DNA from: Clostridiales bacterium GWD2_32_19
GTDB taxonomy: Bacteria; Bacillota; Clostridia; Lachnospirales; UBA12420
NCBI GenBank assembly: GCA_001795385.1
Contig: MGOU01000010.1
Location: 203-64,202 of the forward strand
DNA: 64,000 nucleotides
Reading direction: 5' to 3'
Positions 19,297 through 29,001 of the stretch are shown one piece after another. The position numbers were made by a program, and so were the translations under genes. Position 1 is the stretch's first letter. The number at the start of each line of letters is the position of its first letter. The notes beneath the pieces were generated by a model, which had not been told where the DNA came from, did not search any database, and was given only the letters and a program-made list of their open reading frames with translations.

Positions 19297-20034
19297 ATGC
19301 CCAAATTTTTTATAGATGAGAATCAGATAAATGGAGATAATATTGTAATTACAGGAGAAGATGTAAAACATATAAAGGTATTTAGATGTAAGTTAGATGA
19401 TATTATTACCTTGTGTCATATGGAAAGATATGATTACGAATGCAAAATTATTCAAATTGATGCAGATAAAGTGATAGCAAGGATAGTGAATAAAAAAGAA
19501 ATTAATTCGGAAGCTAAAACAAATGTTACAATATACCAAGGACTTGCAAAGAGCGACAAAATGGAGTATATTATACAAAAAGCTGTTGAGCTAGGTGTAA
19601 ATAGAATTGTACCTTTGATAACGAAAAATACAGTAGTAAAAATAGATGATATTAAGAAAGAAGAGAGAAAGTTAGAAAGATGGAATAAAATATCAGAAGC
19701 AGCTGCAAAACAAGCAGGAAGAGGAATGATACCAAAAGTTGATAGAATAATGACCCTAGATGAAGCAATTGCTGATAATAAAGATAACGACTTGAAAATT
19801 TTATTATATGAAAATGAAAAAAAGTTGACAATTCATCAAATATTTGATATAAGTATAGAGTACAAGAATATAAGTGTTTTTATAGGTCCTGAAGGCGGAC
19901 TACAAGAATCAGAAGTAAAGAAAGCAAAAGAAAACGATATAAAGGTAATAACGCTAGGAAATAGGATACTTAGAACAGAGACAGTCAGTATAGTAATACT
20001 TGCTATTATAATGTATAATATGGGGGAGATATAA
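19297..20034 (+). CDS. rsmE: 16S rRNA (uracil1498-N3)-methyltransferase RsmE
   Basis: MPKFFIDE...GEDVKHIKVFR N-terminus and the C-terminal SPOUT motif FIGPEGG...LGNRILRTET. Confidence 0.9.
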   Translation: MPKFFIDENQINGDNIVITGEDVKHIKVFRCKLDDIITLCHMERYDYECKIIQIDADKVIARIVNKKEINSEAKTNVTIYQGLAKSDKMEYIIQKAVELGVNRIVPLITKNTVVKIDDIKKEERKLERWNKISEAAAKQAGRGMIPKVDRIMTLDEAIADNKDNDLKILLYENEKKLTIHQIFDISIEYKNISVFIGPEGGLQESEVKKAKENDIKVITLGNRILRTETVSIVILAIIMYNMGEI

Positions 20035-20403
20035 ATGTCAGAATTAAAGGTAGTAATAGTAGATGATGCGATGTTTATGAGAACGGTACTTAAAAACTTA
20101 TTGCTAGAAGAAAATATAGAAGTTATAGGCGAAGCAAGTAATGGGCTTGAAGCAATTGAGATGGCTATGGAAAAGAAACCAGATATTATGACGCTCGATA
20201 TAACAATGCCAGAGCTTGATGGTATAAGTGCTATACCTAGGATACTAGAGGCGAGTCCCAATACTAAGATAATAATGGTATCTGCTATGGGACAACAAGG
20301 TATGGTTATAGATGCGATTAAAAAAGGTGCAAAAGATTTCATAACAAAACCATTCGAAAAATCTAGAGTTTTACAAGCGATAAAGAAAGTAATGGAATTA
20401 TAA
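20035..20403 (+). CDS. single-domain CheY-like response regulator
   Basis: VVIVDDAMFMR...DIMTLDITMPELDG...KDFITKPF; the ATG abuts the rsmE stop. Confidence 0.85.
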   Translation: MSELKVVIVDDAMFMRTVLKNLLLEENIEVIGEASNGLEAIEMAMEKKPDIMTLDITMPELDGISAIPRILEASPNTKIIMVSAMGQQGMVIDAIKKGAKDFITKPFEKSRVLQAIKKVMEL

Positions 20404-20453
20404 AAGGAAAAGTGCAAGCAGTGAGCTTGCATTTTTTGATTTAGGGGGTAACT

Positions 20454-23400
20454 ATGAGTATACAATTTGTTTTTGGCCTTTCGGGAACGGGAAAAACTGA
20501 GTATCTAATAGATAAAGTTACTAATTTAGGCTACGAACAAAAGATTTTTTATATTGTTCCTGAGCCGGAAGTTATTTGCATGCAAAAGAAAATTATAGCA
20601 CATAAGAAGTCAAAGGGTCTAATTAATATAGAAGTTTTAAGTTTTGAAAAACTGATCTATAGGGTTTTTGAAGAAGTTGGGCTATATAGAGAAAATAAAA
20701 TAGACAAGCTTCAAAACAGCATGTTAATTACAAAAATTTTATTAGAAAATAAAAAGCTTAATATTAATAAGAATTATATAACCGAAATGTGTAAAGTTAT
20801 TTCAGAGTTTATTAAATATAATATAGGGCCAGAGTTTTTAGAAAATAAAATAAAGGGACTAAGAGATCAAAATGAAGAGCTATTTTATAAAATAAGTGAA
20901 ATAAAAAAGATATATGAAAGCTATTTAATTCATACAGATAATCTAAATATGATACCTGAACAAAGCATTGAACTTATTATAGATAAAATAAATGAAGTAG
21001 AGATTATAAATAATGCAGTATTTTGTATAGATGAATTTTATGATTTTTCTCCGTTTCAACTTGAAATAATAAAAGCACTCTTAAATATTAGCAAGCATAT
21101 GTATATGACATTGCCTATGGAAGCAAAATCTGATAAGAAGTTTGCTTCCATAGTGAAAACAATAGGGGATTTAAAGTATTTTTGCATAGTTAAAAATATA
21201 AAGGTTGAAGATGATATTTATTTAAAACAAAATAAGAGATATGAAAGAATACAAGATATTGCGCATCTTGAGAAGAATTTTTTAAGAGATAAGGTTGAAA
21301 AATTTGATGGTGACCCTATTAATGTTTGCTGCTCGTCAGCCTCAAATGTCTATGAAGAAGTGGAATATGTAACTATGGAAGTTTTAAAGCTTGTGCATAG
21401 TGGAAATTATAGATATAAGGACATAGCTATTGCGTATAGTAATCAAGGTTCATATAAAGATGAACTTTTAAAAGTCTTAAACGATAGTAGAATACCAGTG
21501 TCGTTTATTTATAAAGATAACATTACGAATTATTCGCTCGTAAGGTTTGTTTTGACTGTATTTGAAGTTTTGAAAAATGATTTTGATCATGAAAGTGTTA
21601 ACAAATATTTAAAAACTAACTACGCCAACATATCCGAAGATGATGCATCGCAATTAGACAAATACATACTTTCATATGGTATAAAAGGCTATGAAACTTG
21701 GGTGAAAGATAAGTGGAATTATGAATATATGAATAAGTATAGTCAAGATAAAGACGGTGAAAGTATAAATATATTTAAAAATAAAGTTATTGAGCCTTTT
21801 GTGAACCTAAATAATAAGCTTGAAACAAATGAGATTAAAACAGTTGAAAAATATACTTTATATTTATATGAGTTTTTAGAAGAAGTAGGTGTACCAGAGA
21901 AAGTCAAGGATAAGTATAATCACGAAATATATGGAGAATACAACATAAAGCTTATTCAAGTTTGGAACCAGCTAGTACAAGCTTTAGATAGTATAATTAA
22001 AGTAGTAGGGAAAGAAGAAGTCACAATAGAACAGTACATGAGCATACTTGATATTGCAATTAATAATATAACAGATGATGAGAAAAATGATTTTATAGAT
22101 GCTGCTTTGGTGGAAGATGTTAAGAAAATCATGGTATCTGATAAGAAAGTGCTATTTTTATTAGGTGTAAATGATGGATACATCCCCGAAAAAAAATCTT
22201 TTGCAGGGTTACTTAATAGAGAAGAACGAGATTTTCTTTATGAAGTAGGGATAAATATCGAGAGATATAATGAAGACAAGATATATGAGGAACAAATACA
22301 ATTATATACTACGACAATGAAAGCTGAGGAAAAGGTGTATTTTTCATATGCGTTGCAAGACACTGAAGGGAAAAGCATAAACCCAGCAATGTTTATAAAT
22401 AAGCTTAAAAAAATGTTTGAGAAATTGATTATATCAAAATATGAAAAGATTGAGAATAAAACCGATGGAAAGAGTACATGTTCAAAAGAAATGTATAAGC
22501 TTACAAGCGATGTGGTGGGTACACTTTACCCGGGAGATATCAGGATGAGTGCCACGAGCCTACAAGATTATGCCATGTGCCCATTTAAATTTTTTGCTAA
22601 GTATAATTTAAAGGCTCTAGAGAAACAAGTATATAGATTACAAAACCTTGATATTGGAAAGCTCTATCATGCTATACTAAATATGTTTTTTGAAAAGATA
22701 AATGCGGAAGATATAGATATAGCTGATCTTAATGAAGAAAAAATTAGAATAATATTAGATGAATTAATTTGTGAGTACATAATGGAAAATAATATTTTTA
22801 GTGCAAACTCAAAATATAAGTTTATAACATCAAGCTTGAAAAATATACTGTTAAAATCGATAAAGGTGATGACGGAGCATATAAATGCTGGAGATTTTGC
22901 TCCTACTTATTTTGAACTTGGATTTAGTACCGATGGTATACTAAAACCCCTTAAGATAGATATTGATAATGGAAAACAAATAATAATGAACGGTAAAATA
23001 GATAGAGTTGATTTGCTCAAAAGAGATGGAAAAACATATGTGAAAGTCATTGATTACAAATCAGGCAATATGAAATTTGATATAGAGGATGTAAACGATA
23101 ATGTGAATATGCAACTGGTTTTATATATGATGGCGATACTTGAAGATAAAGGGTTTGCAAAAGATTCTGAAGTATTACCAGCAGGTGTATTTTACTTTAA
23201 GATAGGCAATAAAAAAATAAAACTAGAAGATTCGAATATTGATAATATAGAAGATCTGTTAAAGAAAAAATATAAAATGTCTGGACTTATAATTGGAGAT
23301 AAAGATATGGCGAAGTCCATGGATAAAGAGATGGAAGCCAAATCAAATATAATACCAGTAGAATTTAAAAAAGATGGAGAACTTACAAAAAAGTCTAGTG

Positions 23401-23573
23401 TAACTGGAGTGGAAGAATTCTATAAGATAATTGAGCAGATGAAGGAAAACATAACTCAGATTGGAAAAGAAATATTAGAAGGCAATGTAGAAGCAAAGCC
23501 ATACAAAAAAGGAAGCATAAAAGCATGTGAATACTGTGAGTATAAAGATATATGTGGTATTGATGTGCGTTAG
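20454..23573 (+). CDS. addB: helicase-nuclease AddAB subunit B (AddB/RexB type with Fe-S cluster)
   Basis: N-terminal GLSGTGKT, nuclease motif GKIDRVD...VIDYKSG, and 4 Cys (CPFKFF ... CEYCEYKDIC). Confidence 0.8.
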   Translation: MSIQFVFGLSGTGKTEYLIDKVTNLGYEQKIFYIVPEPEVICMQKKIIAHKKSKGLINIEVLSFEKLIYRVFEEVGLYRENKIDKLQNSMLITKILLENKKLNINKNYITEMCKVISEFIKYNIGPEFLENKIKGLRDQNEELFYKISEIKKIYESYLIHTDNLNMIPEQSIELIIDKINEVEIINNAVFCIDEFYDFSPFQLEIIKALLNISKHMYMTLPMEAKSDKKFASIVKTIGDLKYFCIVKNIKVEDDIYLKQNKRYERIQDIAHLEKNFLRDKVEKFDGDPINVCCSSASNVYEEVEYVTMEVLKLVHSGNYRYKDIAIAYSNQGSYKDELLKVLNDSRIPVSFIYKDNITNYSLVRFVLTVFEVLKNDFDHESVNKYLKTNYANISEDDASQLDKYILSYGIKGYETWVKDKWNYEYMNKYSQDKDGESINIFKNKVIEPFVNLNNKLETNEIKTVEKYTLYLYEFLEEVGVPEKVKDKYNHEIYGEYNIKLIQVWNQLVQALDSIIKVVGKEEVTIEQYMSILDIAINNITDDEKNDFIDAALVEDVKKIMVSDKKVLFLLGVNDGYIPEKKSFAGLLNREERDFLYEVGINIERYNEDKIYEEQIQLYTTTMKAEEKVYFSYALQDTEGKSINPAMFINKLKKMFEKLIISKYEKIENKTDGKSTCSKEMYKLTSDVVGTLYPGDIRMSATSLQDYAMCPFKFFAKYNLKALEKQVYRLQNLDIGKLYHAILNMFFEKINAEDIDIADLNEEKIRIILDELICEYIMENNIFSANSKYKFITSSLKNILLKSIKVMTEHINAGDFAPTYFELGFSTDGILKPLKIDIDNGKQIIMNGKIDRVDLLKRDGKTYVKVIDYKSGNMKFDIEDVNDNVNMQLVLYMMAILEDKGFAKDSEVLPAGVFYFKIGNKKIKLEDSNIDNIEDLLKKKYKMSGLIIGDKDMAKSMDKEMEAKSNIIPVEFKKDGELTKKSSVTGVEEFYKIIEQMKENITQIGKEILEGNVEAKPYKKGSIKACEYCEYKDICGIDVR

Positions 23574-23605
23574 ATAAAAAAGAAAGAAAGAAAGAAGGTG
23601 TAACT

Positions 23606-24394
23606 ATGAATATAGAAAATATGATTAAAATTGCAAAAGATGAAGATGAGAAAATATTTATGAAAAAGATGATAGATATATTTGAAAAGGTCTTAGAAAA
23701 AGGTTATGTACAGTTAACAAACTTTTTAGACCCTGGGCAGGTGTATTTACTCAAGTACATAGCAGGCACTTATAAAGATATAAATGTTAATATAACAGGT
23801 GGGTATAATCAAGCAGAAAGAGTACGGGTGGCCTTGGCACCTGAAATGCTTACATATTTAGAGTCTGACTTTGAGATAGAGACTTTAATGATAAAGTCTA
23901 ATAAATTTACAAGAGAGCTAAAACATAGAGATTTGTTAGGAAGCATACTTGGTTGTGGAGTGACTAGAGAGCAAATAGGTGATATAATAGTAACAGAGGA
24001 TAATGATGCATATTTATTTGTTACGAAAGGTATAGCAAAGTATTTGTTAGAGAATACAAGTAAAGTAGGAAGAGAGCATATAACTATTGAGAAGATTGAG
24101 GATTTTAATATAGAATCATTAAAAGTAAAGAAAGATATGATAGAGGAGACCATAATTTCGACTTCTCTGAGACTTGACAATGTAATATCAAGTGCATTTT
24201 TAATATCTAGAACAGTTGCAGGAGAACTTGTAGAACAAGAAAGAGTAAAGTTAAACCATAGACTAGAGGACAGAAAACATAAGGAAATAGAAGAAAAGGA
24301 TATGATTTCTGTTAGAGGTTATGGTAGATGCGTAATAATTAAAATAAAAGGCGAGACTAAAAAAGGACGAAGAGTGATAGAAATTGAAAAATAG
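23606..24394 (+). CDS. YlmH-like RNA-binding protein with C-terminal S4 domain
   Basis: LRLDNVISSAFLISRTVAGELVEQERVKLN is an S4-like segment, and size and layout match YlmH. Confidence 0.65.
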   Translation: MNIENMIKIAKDEDEKIFMKKMIDIFEKVLEKGYVQLTNFLDPGQVYLLKYIAGTYKDINVNITGGYNQAERVRVALAPEMLTYLESDFEIETLMIKSNKFTRELKHRDLLGSILGCGVTREQIGDIIVTEDNDAYLFVTKGIAKYLLENTSKVGREHITIEKIEDFNIESLKVKKDMIEETIISTSLRLDNVISSAFLISRTVAGELVEQERVKLNHRLEDRKHKEIEEKDMISVRGYGRCVIIKIKGETKKGRRVIEIEK

Positions 24395-24397
24395 TGA

Positions 24398-24426
24398 TTG
24401 ACATATGTTGTATATTGCTGTAAAAT
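24398..24426 (+). promoter_or_regulatory. sigma-A promoter of the valS leader
   Basis: TTGACA, 17-nt spacer, TAAAAT. Confidence 0.75.
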
Positions 24427-24432
24427 ACTAAT

Positions 24433-24745
24433 AATAAAAAACAGAGAAAGAGAAGAGTATGCTAATACTACTTTTAGAGAGGAAAATCCAGAGGCTGAAA
24501 GATTTTCTAAGGAAAGATTAGCAGAATGTAGCTCTGGAGTTTTTGGAAGAACGCAGCTAGTGAAATGTGCTAGTGGCTAGTAGAACCAACCGTATACCAG
24601 CGTTAATGGGAAATGAGAATTGTCAATTGCACATTTGAATTGTCAATTAATATAGGTGGTACCACGGGTAGAAACTCGTCCTAAGATAAAAATAAGATAT
24701 CAGTAGTTAGATATCAGATTTTATTTTAGGACGAGTTTTTTATTG
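24433..24745 (+). promoter_or_regulatory. T-box riboswitch leader (valS)
   Basis: T-box sequence aatataggtggtaccacggg at 24648-24668. The terminator is aaactcgtcctaagataaaa / ttttattttaggacgagttt followed by a T-run. Stem I has agaga elements, and the specifier region gaauguag contains GUA. Confidence 0.85.
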
Positions 24746-24783
24746 ACTTGACTTTTAACCTCCGAATGACAGGGAGGGAGAAG

Positions 24784-24855
24784 ATAATACTGATAAAATA
24801 TATTGAATATGAAGGGATAGTGTAGTATTTAGTACTATAAATATTTTACACTACC
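24784..24855 (+). repeat. family 2 hairpin repeat, copy 1 (long form), upstream of valS
   Basis: Core gggatagtgtagtatttagtactataaatattttacactacc at 24814-24855, with a 5' extension ataatactgataaaatatattgaata. It ends 24 nt before the ATG. Confidence 0.9.
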
Positions 24856-24878
24856 AATATAAGAAGGGAGAGATTTTA

Positions 24879-27524
24879 ATGAAAAAAGAGTTAGAAACAA
24901 AATATAATCCACAGGAGATGGAAGATAGAATTTATAAAAAATGGCAGGATGAAAAGTATTTTGAGGCAGTGGTTGACAAGAGCAAAAAACCCTACAGTAT
25001 AGTAATGCCACCACCAAATGTAACGGGGGTTTTACATATAGGGCACGCGCTTAACAATTCTTTACAAGACATACTTATAAGATGGAAAAGAATGCAGGGA
25101 TACTCTGTGCTTTGGGTACCTGGGACCGATCATGCTAGTATATCAACAGAGGTAAAAGTTGTTGATAAACTTTTAAAGGAAGGTATAAAGAAAACTGATA
25201 TAACAAGGGAAGAATTTTTAAAAGAAGCATGGGATTGGACTCATAAGTATGGGGGAACTATAGTTAGTCAATTAAGAAAGCTAGGGGTATCATGTGACTG
25301 GTCTCGTGAGAGATTTACAATGGACGAAATGTGTAGTAAAGCAGTACTTGAATCATTCGTTAAGCTTTATGAAAAAGGGTATATATATAGAGGTGAGAGG
25401 ATAACAAATTGGTGTCCACACTGTAAGACAACTATATCTGATGCAGAGGTAGAATATGAAGAGGTTGGGGGCAAATTTTATCATATAAAATATATGATAG
25501 AAGGAACTGATGAATTTCTACAAGTGGCTACAACAAGACCTGAGACAATGTTTGGAGATACTGCTGTAGCGGTAAATCCAAATGACACAAGATACAAAAA
25601 GTATGTTGGTAAAAATGTAATATTACCTATTACAAATAAAAAGATACCAGTAGTTGCTGACGAGCACGCAGATATGGAGTTTGGAACAGGTGTTGTCAAA
25701 ATAACTCCAGGGCATGATCTTAATGATTTTGAAGTAGGTAAAAGAAAAAAATTACCTATAGTTATATGTATAAATGACGATGGTACAATGAATAAAAACG
25801 CTATGCAATATGAGGGTATGGATAGATATGAATGTAGAAAACAAGTTGTAAAGGACCTTGAAACACAAGGACTGTTAGTTAAAGCAGAGGAGCACATTCA
25901 CAATGTAGGAACTCATGATAGATGTAAAATTGTTATTGAACCAATAGTTAAAATGCAATGGTTTGTAGCTATGGAAGAACTTGTAAAACCAGCAATAAGA
26001 GTAGTAAAAACAGATGAAGTACATTTCGTAACAGAAAGGTATGAAAAAATATATATGCACTGGCTAGAAAATATAAGAGACTGGTGTATATCAAGACAAC
26101 TTTGGTGGGGACACAGGATACCTGCTTACTATTGTGATGATTGTGGAGAGATTACTGTATCTATGACTACGCCAAGCAAGTGTAACAAATGTAGTAGTAG
26201 CAATTTAAAACAAGATGAAGATGTTCTTGATACATGGTTCAGCTCTGCATTATGGCCCTTCTCAACTATGGGATGGCCAGATAAAACAGAAGATTTGGAA
26301 TTTTTTTATCCTACAGATGTTTTGATAACAGGTCCTGATATAATATTCTTTTGGGTAGCTCGTATGGTGTTTTCAGGACTTGAATATATGGATAAAATAC
26401 CTTTTAAAGATGTGCTTATAAATGGTATTGTTCGTGACTCAGAAGGTAGAAAAATGAGTAAGTCACTAGGTAATGGTATTGATCCGATAGATGTTGTAGA
26501 AAAATATGGTGCTGATGCTATGAGGTTTATGCTTGTTAGCAATAACACACCAGGAAATGACATGAGATTCTATTGGGATAAGGTTGAAGCAAGTCGTAAT
26601 TTTGCAAACAAGATATGGAACGCGACAAGATTCATAATGATAAACATGGATGAAGAGATGTCAGATATAAATACAGAAAACCTCACCATATCGGATAAAT
26701 GGATATTATCTAGAGTAAATACACTTGCAAAAGAAGTAACAGAGAATATGGAAAAATATGATTTAGGAGTTGGAGCACAGAAAATACAAGACTTCTTGTG
26801 GAGCGAGTACTGCGACTGGTATGTAGAAATGGTAAAGCCAAGATTATATAATAAAGAGGATGAAACCCGACATGCAGCACTCTGGACACTAAAGACTGTA
26901 CTAATAAATGCATTGAAACTGCTACATCCATATATGCCTTTTATCACAGAAGAAATATTTACTACGCTTCAAGATACTGAGGAGACAATAGTACATGCTA
27001 AATGGCCGGAATACAATTTTAAATGGAATTTTGCGAGTGAAGAAGAACAAACAGAAATCATAAAAGATATAGTAAAAGGTATTAGAAATGCAAGACTAGA
27101 AAAGAATATAGTACCATCAAGAAAAATAAGGGCAGTGATAGTGACAGAGGATAGAACTCTTATGGATACAATAGAAAAACAAAAAGATATATTTAATATA
27201 CTTGTTAATACAAATGAGATAAGTGTTTTAACACAAAAAAATACAGATACAGACAATGCTATATCTATAATAGTAAAAAATGCAATCGTTTATTTACCAC
27301 TTAAAGGGCTTATAGATTTTGATCAGGAGATAGAAAGATTAGGTAAGGAAAAAGAAAGACTAGAAAAAGAAATAGAAAGAATAGATGTTAAATTAGCAAA
27401 CGAAGGTTTTGTAGCAAAAGCTCCAGCTAAAGTAATAGAGGAAGAAAAGGAAAAAAGGAATGGATACAAAAATATGTTAGGAAAAGTTTCGGAAGAGATA
27501 AAAAGTTTAGAAGTTAACAAATAG
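24879..27524 (+). CDS. valS: valine--tRNA ligase
   Basis: HIGHALN and KMSKS motifs, a C-terminal coiled coil, 881 aa. Confidence 0.97.
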   Translation: MKKELETKYNPQEMEDRIYKKWQDEKYFEAVVDKSKKPYSIVMPPPNVTGVLHIGHALNNSLQDILIRWKRMQGYSVLWVPGTDHASISTEVKVVDKLLKEGIKKTDITREEFLKEAWDWTHKYGGTIVSQLRKLGVSCDWSRERFTMDEMCSKAVLESFVKLYEKGYIYRGERITNWCPHCKTTISDAEVEYEEVGGKFYHIKYMIEGTDEFLQVATTRPETMFGDTAVAVNPNDTRYKKYVGKNVILPITNKKIPVVADEHADMEFGTGVVKITPGHDLNDFEVGKRKKLPIVICINDDGTMNKNAMQYEGMDRYECRKQVVKDLETQGLLVKAEEHIHNVGTHDRCKIVIEPIVKMQWFVAMEELVKPAIRVVKTDEVHFVTERYEKIYMHWLENIRDWCISRQLWWGHRIPAYYCDDCGEITVSMTTPSKCNKCSSSNLKQDEDVLDTWFSSALWPFSTMGWPDKTEDLEFFYPTDVLITGPDIIFFWVARMVFSGLEYMDKIPFKDVLINGIVRDSEGRKMSKSLGNGIDPIDVVEKYGADAMRFMLVSNNTPGNDMRFYWDKVEASRNFANKIWNATRFIMINMDEEMSDINTENLTISDKWILSRVNTLAKEVTENMEKYDLGVGAQKIQDFLWSEYCDWYVEMVKPRLYNKEDETRHAALWTLKTVLINALKLLHPYMPFITEEIFTTLQDTEETIVHAKWPEYNFKWNFASEEEQTEIIKDIVKGIRNARLEKNIVPSRKIRAVIVTEDRTLMDTIEKQKDIFNILVNTNEISVLTQKNTDTDNAISIIVKNAIVYLPLKGLIDFDQEIERLGKEKERLEKEIERIDVKLANEGFVAKAPAKVIEEEKEKRNGYKNMLGKVSEEIKSLEVNK

Positions 27525-27558
27525 GTATGTTCTCGATGCCCTAAAATAGGAGGATAAC

Positions 27559-28896
27559 ATGGATAAAAAATATTATATAATTTATAATAAAGAGAATGCA
27601 GAAGATATAAAGAAATTGGTTGTAGACTTTAAAAACATTGGGATGATAATTATTAGACAAGAGCTTGGGAAAAAAGAGAAGTTCGATTTGAAGAGCTTAA
27701 AGGTTCGTGAAAATGGGCAGAAAGAGATTGACGAAAACTCTGTACTTTTATTTTATATGGATAGCGATGTAGAACAAGTATCTATGCCAAAAGGTTATGA
27801 ACAGCATGCAATATACATATACAAGGGCGTAAAAGCAGGAAAAAAAGATAGTTCTTTATTATTAGATGAACTTTATGACAATTATTATAAAGACTTATTA
27901 CAAGCGTCAGAACCTGAAAAGGCTAATGAATATATAGAGCTTTTTAGGATAAAATCCATTCAAAACGATTTAGACAAAGATACAGAGTTATTGAAATTTT
28001 TAGATAAATATGGTGAAACTAAAAATTATTTGACACTTAAAGCAAATACAATATACCGCAGGAAGCAATTTAAAGAAGCGAGAGAACTGATGGATAAGGC
28101 ACTTACCATTACTTTAAATGATCCAAGGGAAAGCTTCGAATATGCTATATTATTAGAAGATTATTACGAAGAGTATGGCAAAGCTTGTAAGTACTACGAA
28201 AGAGCGATAGAGTTAGATAAAAAGTTTTATGAGGCATACTTTAATCTTGGAGTAATATATGCTAAACACTTTAATGACTATGTAAAGGCGGAGAAATATT
28301 ATGATATGCTAATAGAAGCAGATATCGCGGATGAGAAGGTATATTATAATAAAGCAATTATCATAATGAAGATAACAGGAAATGTAGAAGAAGCCATATG
28401 TTCATATAAAAAGGCTATAGAGATTGATCCTAAGCATTTTTCGGCATACAATAACTTAGCTAACTTGTACTTAAAAGAGCTTAACGACCCGGATAAAGCC
28501 AAGGAGTGCTACGAAAAAGCAATAGATATAACACCTCAAGATTTTGGAGTACATTTTAATCTTGGAAATATATACAAAAGTTGTTTTAATGACTATGAAA
28601 AAGCTAAAGAGTGTTATGAAAACTCGATAAAAGTAGAAGATAATATATATGCAAGAATGAATCTTGCTATTCTCCTTGAAGAAAATTTCGATGACTACAA
28701 TGGTGCAATAGAAAACTTAAATAAAGTGCTTGAATTCCAACCTAATAATATAACGATAATGAATCAAATCGCAAGTATATACGAACTTGTGAGTGACTAT
28801 GAAAATGCATTAAAATTTTATGAGAAGATACTTGAGTATAAAGTTGATGATGCCTCTGCAAAATATAATATGGCAAGAATGAGGCAAAAAATGTAG
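27559..28896 (+). CDS. TPR-repeat protein with unassigned ~130-aa N-terminal domain
   Basis: About 8 TPR-like units recur in the C-terminal two thirds (A..YE.AIE.D..., Y.NLG.IY). Confidence 0.75.
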   Translation: MDKKYYIIYNKENAEDIKKLVVDFKNIGMIIIRQELGKKEKFDLKSLKVRENGQKEIDENSVLLFYMDSDVEQVSMPKGYEQHAIYIYKGVKAGKKDSSLLLDELYDNYYKDLLQASEPEKANEYIELFRIKSIQNDLDKDTELLKFLDKYGETKNYLTLKANTIYRRKQFKEARELMDKALTITLNDPRESFEYAILLEDYYEEYGKACKYYERAIELDKKFYEAYFNLGVIYAKHFNDYVKAEKYYDMLIEADIADEKVYYNKAIIIMKITGNVEEAICSYKKAIEIDPKHFSAYNNLANLYLKELNDPDKAKECYEKAIDITPQDFGVHFNLGNIYKSCFNDYEKAKECYENSIKVEDNIYARMNLAILLEENFDDYNGAIENLNKVLEFQPNNITIMNQIASIYELVSDYENALKFYEKILEYKVDDASAKYNMARMRQKM

Positions 28897-28949
28897 AGAG
28901 TAGAAATATGTAAAAAAATAGAAAAAAGAGTTGACAAATGAAGTTTTTT

Positions 28950-28992
28950 CTGATAAATTAATATATTGTAGCATAATAAATTAATTTATCAG
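28950..28992 (+). promoter_or_regulatory. 13-bp perfect inverted repeat abutting the SD of the acetate-transporter gene
   Basis: ctgataaattaat (28950-28962) pairs with attaatttatcag (28980-28992), and the 3' arm runs directly into the aggagg SD. Confidence 0.35.
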
Positions 28993-29001
28993 GAGGATAA
29001 C

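Noticed and set aside
19836-20465. 209-aa minus-strand ORF, plus 11341-11853 (170 aa) and 32947-33405 (152 aa)
   Set aside because: They are antisense to the well-supported rsmE/CheY-like, rpsF/ssb and ABC exporter genes. Their products are hydrophobic and low-complexity, typical of AT-rich antisense frames.
24398-24580. 60-aa + strand ORF upstream of valS
   Set aside because: It begins inside the promoter (its first bases are the TTGACA -35 hexamer) and runs through stem I of the T-box leader, with no SD; the RNA element explains the sequence.
24803-24848. Family 2 repeat acting as a portable sigma-A promoter (TTGAAT-N17-TATTTA or internal tataaa)
   Set aside because: The -10 candidates are poor. 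The TTGAAT arm is missing from copies 2 and 5. Three copies are intercistronic and one lies downstream of a T-box terminator. The idea is kept only as an alternative to test.
27559-27950. TIR-like or flavodoxin-like start (KYYIIYNKENAEDIKKLVVDFKNIGMII) on the TPR protein, hinting at a defence effector
   Set aside because: Only a generic beta-alpha-beta opening is visible. I see no identifiable catalytic Glu or BB-loop, and no partner NTPase or sensor genes. This is too weak to claim without a profile search.
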